In this document: one piece after another, positions 56,348 through 64,000 of the stretch
Layout: each line of letters opens with the position of its first letter
Position numbering within the stretch: position 1 is the stretch's first letter
From: Eledone cirrhosa
Lineage: Eukaryota
Assembly (NCBI GenBank): GCA_964016885.1
Contig: OZ024740.1
Coordinates: 121,768,001 to 121,832,000 of the forward strand
Reading direction: 5' to 3'
Length of the DNA stretch: 64,000 nt
Made by a program: the position numbers and the translations under genes
Notes under the pieces: generated by a model
Seen by the model: the letters and a program-made list of their open reading frames with translations, nothing else
What the model was told of the DNA's origin: nothing
Database searches by the model: none

Positions 56348-57685
56348 CATATATACATACATATATACATACATATATATATATATATATGGTGGCTGCC
56401 AACTCGTTTTCGAGTACGGCCACTACTTTATATCCATGTAGGAGAACCCCCACCGATGCGCTGAACGAGTGTGACTTTTTAGTCCAGCCAGCGACTTGAA
56501 AACTCTGGTACAAACACTACACCTGTGACAATTATTGACACATAGTGCTGGGCCCATGGTACCATGTGACGACAAGTGCAGAGATCTCCAGATATAAAGC
56601 AATGCCTGTGCCGTGAAGCTTTTATAGTGAGCAAAGGCACTGCACAAAGCCAGTCCCACTCTCTTAACCAAGATGATATTTACCAAAAAGAAGAACAAGT
56701 CAACATCATTGGATACCATCAGGGTTGCAGGTGTTATATCAGAGTTTTCCTTCTCCTAGAATTCTGCCTTGACAAAGGCTAAGGGGTCATCTCTCCCGGT
56801 GATTTTGGATGGCCATTGACTATTAAGAGCTCATTTTCCCTTTGACAGGTTTTGTTTTTAGTCCTGCAGGATGTCCAAAGTCACCCTCCTCACCAAGAAA
56901 CCTCGGTGGGGTTGCCAGTTTAGTCGCCAACGACCCGACCATGGGACAGGTTGTACTGAGATACATGTTACCAGTAGCACCAATTGGTAACCTGACATAC
57001 ATACATACATACATACACACATGCATACATACATACATACATACATACATACATACATACATACATACATACATACATACATGGTGGTGGCTGCCAACTC
57101 GTTTTCGAGTATGGCCACTACTTTATATCCATGTAGGAAAACCCCTACCGATGCGCTGAACGGGTGTGACATTTTAGTCCAGCCAGCGACTTGAAAACTC
57201 TGGTACAAACTCTACACTTGTGACAATTATTGACACATAGTGCTGGTACCATGTGACGACAAGTGCAGAGAGATCTCCAGAAATAAATCAATGCCTGTGC
57301 CGTGAAGCTTTTATAGTGATCAAAGGCACTGCACAAAGCCAGTCCCACTCTCTTAACCAAGATGATATTTACCAAAAAGATGAACAAGTCAACATCATTG
57401 GATACCATCAGGGTTGCAGGTGTTATATCAGAGTTTTCCTTCTCCTAGAATTCTGCCTTGACAAAGGCTAAGGGATCATCTCTCCCGGTGATTTTGGATG
57501 GCTATTGACTCTTAAGAGCCCCTTTGCCTTTTGACAGGTTTTGTTTTTAGTCCTGCATGATGTCTAAAACCACCCTCCTCACCAAGATACCTTGAGGGGT
57601 TGCCGGTTTAGTCGCCAACGACCCGACTATGAGACAGGTTGTACTGGGATACATGTTACCAGTAGCACCAACTGGTGACCTGACA
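55940..57685 (-). mobile_element. Tandem array of three short internally deleted RTE-like elements with (ATGT)n tails
   Basis: Units ~55940-56207 (partial), 56389-56995 and 57081-57685; C2H2 remnant [22 protein letters not shown] typical of RTE/BovB C-termini; separated by (CATA)n. Confidence 0.7.
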
Positions 57686-57763
57686 TATATACATACATAC
57701 ATACATACATACATACATACATACATACATACATGAAGAAAGCATGCACGGTAGTGGAAATTA

Positions 57764-57881
57764 GAAAAAGTATGACCCGACGGCAGAGCTCAAGCCGTTT
57801 CGACGGCTATTTCTGGACTTAAATAGTCCAGAATTAGCCGTCGAAACGGCTTGAGCTCTGTCGTCGGGGTCATACTTTTTC
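57764..57881. mobile_element. Fold-back element family P, copy 4 (palindrome)
   Basis: Arms reverse-complementary about ~57821; GAAAC-GGCT TGAGCTC TGTC-GTC-GGGG at 57843-57869. Confidence 0.82.
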
Positions 57882-58061
57882 CTCTATATATATATATATA
57901 TATATATGGGATACCTAGTTATCGTTTAGGTAATCCAGTTAGAAGTTGTGACTACTCTGTACCGTTGATAGTTTTAACGTACGGCGTTGTTTGACTGAAC
58001 AAATGGTTTCCAAGGTAGCGAGTTGCCGAGAATTCCCATGCAGGTTACTCTTGGAGTAATA

Positions 58062-58270
58062 ATAGTCAAAGAGTGAAGAATAACAAGGTCGGCTGTACAA
58101 AAAGGGTTTTATTTATAGTATTAACAATTTGTTTAATGATCATGTCGAGTGACGCAACTTCGAGTGATTAGCGTGTTTTAGACTCATCTGATCAATGAAA
58201 CAATTGTTAATACTATAAATAAAACCCTTTTTGTACAGCTGACCATGTTATTCTTCACTCTTTCACTACT
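58062..58270. repeat. Imperfect ~205-bp palindrome with HHR-3'-half-like motif
   Basis: Arms 58062-58142 / 58189-58268; right arm GAAAC-AATT-GTT, then AATAAA. Confidence 0.75.
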
Positions 58271-58296
58271 CTATATGTATATATATATATATATAT

Positions 58297-59485
58297 ATTT
58301 ATTAAAATAACAGATTAAAGTTTAAGCAAAGAATAGCTGCTTTCACCCTTAACGGGATCTTCTGAAACTAACAAAGTCAATCTGTAAACGCAGAACTGGA
58401 TATTTCAAAAAACGTTGCAACCGGAGGAAGACAGGAAGACGATACTTTGGTTCGTGGAAACGTTCCCTGGCAAAGAACGGGAAAAAACGAATATAATACG
58501 CCATTAATAGGAGCGGTGAAAAACAATTATGCGCAAAGACAGAACCACGTTTATGGTATAAAAGAGGTCGTAGACTAATGTTCTCTTAGGTGGTTCATAG
58601 AGACGTTCTCTGGCAATGAACGAAAAAAACGAAGATAATACTTCATATGAGGAGCGTGGAGAACAATTGCACGCAAAAGCAAAACCACGTAAATGGTATA
58701 ACTGAAGTCGTAGACTAAAATTCTAACTAGGAGACCGAATGAATCTCCGCTTCAGAGTGAAGAACAAAGTAAATAAATACAATACAGAGGTAACAGAAAT
58801 TAAATAAATACATACACGCATAAAAATACGTACATACACAAGCATACGTGGAAACACTTACCATAGGTATACAAAACCACGCACATATAAATATGTGTGT
58901 GTGTGTATGCATGTATACAAATACATAAATAATTAAATAAACGTATATAAATACATAAATACGTATATATCAAGCGCACACACATGCCTACATGTAACTA
59001 CACAAATGTTCGGAAACGTAAGTCAACCAAAACATGAAGTACACATACACACACCCTACATACGTACGAACCTGCATACTCACACAGACGCAAAACACCC
59101 GTATACACATAACCAAACCATATGTACCAGAAAATATAAAATTATACGCCATAACATATACAATCAAATATACGTACGAGAAGGTATACGTACCTTCACA
59201 AAACATACAGGTAATATATACTTACATATGCAAATAACTAATGGTATAAACAAAACATATACTTAGCTACCACATCAAGACGTAAAATATCCACGTATAG
59301 ATCGTACTATCCGTTAGGGTATAAAGTGGGGCTGTAACACAGGAAAGTTTTGTGCAATTTATGTTTACAAGCCGAAATTACCTGAGATTTTTTGTTTAAG
59401 ATGTGGTCTGTGGCGTAGAGTATTTCCAGGGCCTCACGGCGCAGGGGAGACATGGTCTTTTATATCCGTTATACGATCTAGCCCT

Positions 59486-59486
<1 letters not shown>
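58297..59486 (-). mobile_element. PLE 3' fragment (GIY-YIG end plus pLTR), same family as 5527-7410
   Basis: Colinear with 5527-6707; (TA)n at both ends. Confidence 0.92.
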
Positions 59487-59561
<75 letters not shown>

Positions 59562-59583
59562 CTCTCTACATGACTGAATACAA

Positions 59584-59788
59584 TAAATTTAATCTGAGTT
59601 TTTCGAATAGTAATGATAATATTCGATTCATTTGCAATTATGCAAACACGCCTCAATCTTAAAGCCATGTCAGTAGAATGAGTCCCGCATTCTTGTTGTC
59701 GTGTTGGCATAAGAATGAGGCCTGTTTGCATAATTGCAAACAATTCGAATATTATTATTAATGTTCGAAAAACTCAGATTAAATTTAT
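59584..59788. repeat. Imperfect ~205-bp palindrome between (TA)n tracts
   Basis: ATAAATTTAATCTGAGTTTTTCGAA... / ...TTCGAAAAACTCAGATTAAATTTAT, with internal hairpins in each arm. Confidence 0.85.
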
Positions 59789-59800
59789 ATATATATATAT

Positions 59801-60480
59801 ATACAAATAAAATATAGAGTTATTAACTCATATAGATACCCTGCAATTAACAAGCTCAAAGTGTAAATACTGAGCATTATAATATTAATATGTGTAGAAG
59901 TAAACACAGTAAACCCTTGTCTAAAATTACGAGGGTAGATTACACCACAAATGTTATATATCATTCAACCTGAATCATATGGGATGTTACAAGATTTCTT
60001 ACAAGATTTCTCATACATACCATATCAATAACCATTTCATCTCCCGTATCTATATGAGTTAATCACTCAATATTTTATTTGTATTTCGGCTCCTTATCTG
60101 TTGAGCTTATAAACATGAGTGTAAATAGGCTATTATGTCTAGCATAATCACTCGCACCGCATATAACTTTCAACGCACGAGGTGTAAACTTTAGTGAGTT
60201 TATTGTTATAGGTGTTATGTAACATTTAGTCTTATCTCCTGCTGACGAAATGCCTACGTATTACTTGTTACAAACACGATTCATTCAGGGCGAAACAGAT
60301 TAAATCTTTAGTTGACCGGGAGATGAATTGGTTATTGATATGTATGTATGAGAAATCTTGTAAGAAATCTTGTAACATCCCATATGATTCAGGTTGAACG
60401 ATATATAACATTTGTGGTGTAATCTACCCTCGTAATTTTAGACACGTCTTTACTGTGTTTACTTCTACACATATTAATAT

Positions 60481-60482
<2 letters not shown>
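59801..60482. mobile_element. Retrozyme-like family R3: head-to-head, circularly permuted arms
   Basis: 59879-60046 is the reverse complement of 60317-60482; 59801-59839 is the reverse complement of 60046-60084; HHR-like motif at 60234-60324. Confidence 0.78.
60234..60324 (+). ncRNA. Degenerate type-I hammerhead
   Basis: Stem I ATCTCCTG/CGGGAGAT, CTGACGA, GCC..GGC stem II, GAAAC; stem III and cleavage triplet irregular. Confidence 0.5.
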
Positions 60483-60544
<62 letters not shown>

Positions 60545-60621
60545 TTGACTCTGTTTTCCTATGATTTTTATCCTTAATTTCTGAATGCATTTACTCTTTT
60601 CATGATATCTTCTATATTTGG

Positions 60622-60898
60622 AACTCTTTTCTATTGGTCAATTCAAAACCTGTTCCCAAACAGACCTTTTATATTAATACTTTGTTTCTTTCAATAAACA
60701 TACTTCATCATTTCTGAAGATGACATGTATAGGTAAGGGTATGTATATCTCCTCCGAGAATTTGTAATATTTTTTACATAGGTCTTTAACATGATATACA
60801 TACCAACACATATGTATCCCAGAAACGATCGTAAAATGATGAATTTTTCAATATAAGGAACCTGTTCTTTGTTTTTATTTCATTGTTTCTATTAATTT
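60622..60898 (+). mobile_element. Solo pLTR end of the 8540-10522 PLE family
   Basis: Homologous to 10248-10525; ends at (TA)n. Confidence 0.85.
60704..60843 (+). ncRNA. Type-I hammerhead with extended stem II
   Basis: TTCATCATTT-CTGAAGA...GAAAC-GATC-GTA-AAATGATGAA. Confidence 0.75.
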
Positions 60899-60905
60899 AT
60901 ATATA

Positions 60906-61005
<100 letters not shown>

Positions 61006-61838
61006 CCAGATAGATAGAATAAAAATATACCCTCTAATTACAATTTGACGACAAAGTTAATATGACATTTATTGATATATTCTACATTTCTAGATTTTTT
61101 AGGATCACGATATTTCCTTTTCTTACAATATTTAAATCTTCCATGCTGTGCAATTTACTAAAACTGTGTAATTTACTAAAACTACAATCATTCAACATTA
61201 AGCCTATTTCATATTGATACTGTGTAACAGAAAAACCTATTGAAAACGATAACAGTTTGCAATCACGACTTGCTCTTACTTCTTTATATCTAAAATTTTG
61301 ACTTTAAATTTGTTTAAGTTGAAGGTGTTTCTCTTCTAAATGCTGCGTGACTAATCAGAAGACATATGTACGTATATAATCATTATTTAAAATGTTCGTG
61401 CGGTTTTCCATCTGTAAACTAATAAGAGACAATACATTTAGGCATCTCTAAATTCTGTCTATATGAGTAAAACATTTCAGATTGTATCAACGGGTTACAT
61501 TCAGATATATTGCAGGGGTTGTCATATTCGTGTTAGAACGGTGTTTTAAGTGAAAAGGTTAAATAAATTCTATTCGACAATGAATAGTTTCATAATCTTT
61601 ATTATCGAAAATTATCAGCGCGTAATGTTCTTCGGTCAGGAGTTTCTTCCATCTTCTTTTGACTTCTTGTGTGTCACATATCGTATATATAGGAATATAA
61701 TATTTAAATCTTTATCAGTGTATATAGACATGCAAGCAGTATATATCGTCTACACGCATGACAGATTGTGTATGTATACATATGTGCACTGATACACACA
61801 CACACACGCACATACACCCCCCACACACACATATATAT

Positions 61839-61873
<35 letters not shown>

Positions 61874-62030
61874 GATAACAAGTTCGCAAGATCATAATGT
61901 TTGTCGCATAAAATGCTATGTGAAATAAATGCCGGTCTATATGCATTCTGAGTTCAAATACGGTCATGGGTAACATTCACTTTCAGGACTTTCAACATCA
62001 ATAAATTACATTTACTATTACTGGGATCGG

Positions 62031-62693
<663 letters not shown>

Positions 62694-62818
62694 GTGCGTG
62701 TCTGTAATTTAGTAGGGCAGAAAGTGCGTAAAATGGGAAAATACTTGAAATGTATTTACCCTGAAACGTGAATGGAATTGAATAGTACAAGTTAACCACA
62801 CACACACTCACACGCAGG

Positions 62819-62917
<99 letters not shown>

Positions 62918-62936
62918 ATATATATATATATATATG

Positions 62937-62985
<49 letters not shown>

Positions 62986-62990
62986 GTATG

Positions 62991-63069
<79 letters not shown>

Positions 63070-63072
63070 TAT

Positions 63073-63103
<31 letters not shown>

Positions 63104-63289
63104 GGGCTATCCAATTGCAATTTACATCATATTACATATCTGTATAGTTTAATTATTTAAAAAATATTTAGTGAACACGATTTTTGAAAAAAATGTTGAA
63201 GTCAACAGCCCCAAAGCGTTATGACTCGTCTAGTAAATATATTTATATATATATATACATATATATATAGATACATATATATTTATTAC

Positions 63290-63320
<31 letters not shown>

Positions 63321-63388
63321 CTTACATATATATATATATATACAATATATATATATGTACATATTTATACATATATATATATACAAAC

Positions 63389-63496
<108 letters not shown>

Positions 63497-63582
63497 ATAT
63501 TAATAAATTTGAAGACTAAAATCCAAAGAGGGCTCGATAAGGATAAATATATATCAAATATATAAGAACCGTAGAGCAAATA

Positions 63583-64000
63583 TTTATTAAAATAACAGAT
63601 TAAAGTTTAAGCAAAGAATCGCTGCTTTCACCCTTAACGGGAACTTCTGAAACTAACAAAGTCAATCTGTCAACGCAGAAATGGATATTTCAAAAAACGT
63701 TGCAACCGGAGGGAAGACAGGAAGATGATACTTTGGTTCGTGGAAACGTTCGCTATGCAAATAAGTAATGGTATAACAAACATACTTAGCTCCCACATCA
63801 AGACGTAAAATATCCACGTATAAATCGTACTTATCCGTTAGGGTATAACGTGGGGCTGTAATACAGGAAAGTTTTTGTGCAAGTTATGTTTACAAGCCAA
63901 AATTGCCTGAGATATTTTGTTGAAGATGTGGTCTGTGGCGTAGAGGATTTCCAGGGCCGCAGCGGCGCAGAGGTCACATGTTCTTTTATTTCCGTTATAC
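63583..64000 (-). mobile_element. PLE 3' fragment with internally deleted pLTR, runs off window
   Basis: Matches 5527-5697, then jumps to ~6448-6696 of the first copy. Confidence 0.9.

Noticed and set aside
58330-58370. HHR-like motif on the minus strand in the pLTR of the first PLE family (CAGAAGA-TCCC..GGGT-GAAA-GCAGCTA; also ~5560 and ~63615)
   Set aside because: U4 is A, there is no stem I pairing, and two of three copies lack NUH; the position is suggestive but cannot be supported

Overview
AT-rich eukaryotic (animal) genomic DNA made almost entirely of retroelements and microsatellites. No convincing host protein-coding gene is present. The tRNA-derived SINE family and repeat style resemble octopod cephalopod genomes (recognised from memory, not by search). 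Contents: (i) several Penelope-like elements (PLEs; RT plus C-terminal GIY-YIG), including a near-complete one at 42811-48858 with 1.2-kb pseudo-LTRs, each carrying a canonical minimal hammerhead ribozyme (HHR); (ii) a ~23-kb nest of R4/Dong-type RLE LINEs, Tx1-type LINEs and SINEs joined mostly at (TAA/ATT)n; (iii) RTE-type fragments, a mariner relic and a MITE. Most notable is (iv): several unrelated small non-coding elements, almost all lodged in or beside (TA)n tracts, carrying type-I HHRs or HHR halves. Several show circularly permuted, head-to-head arms or fold-back palindromes whose junctions fall inside the ribozyme. This looks like a multi-family retrozyme-like system (putative circular RNAs) parasitising the local PLEs. 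All motif calls were made by eye; no folding or database search was run.
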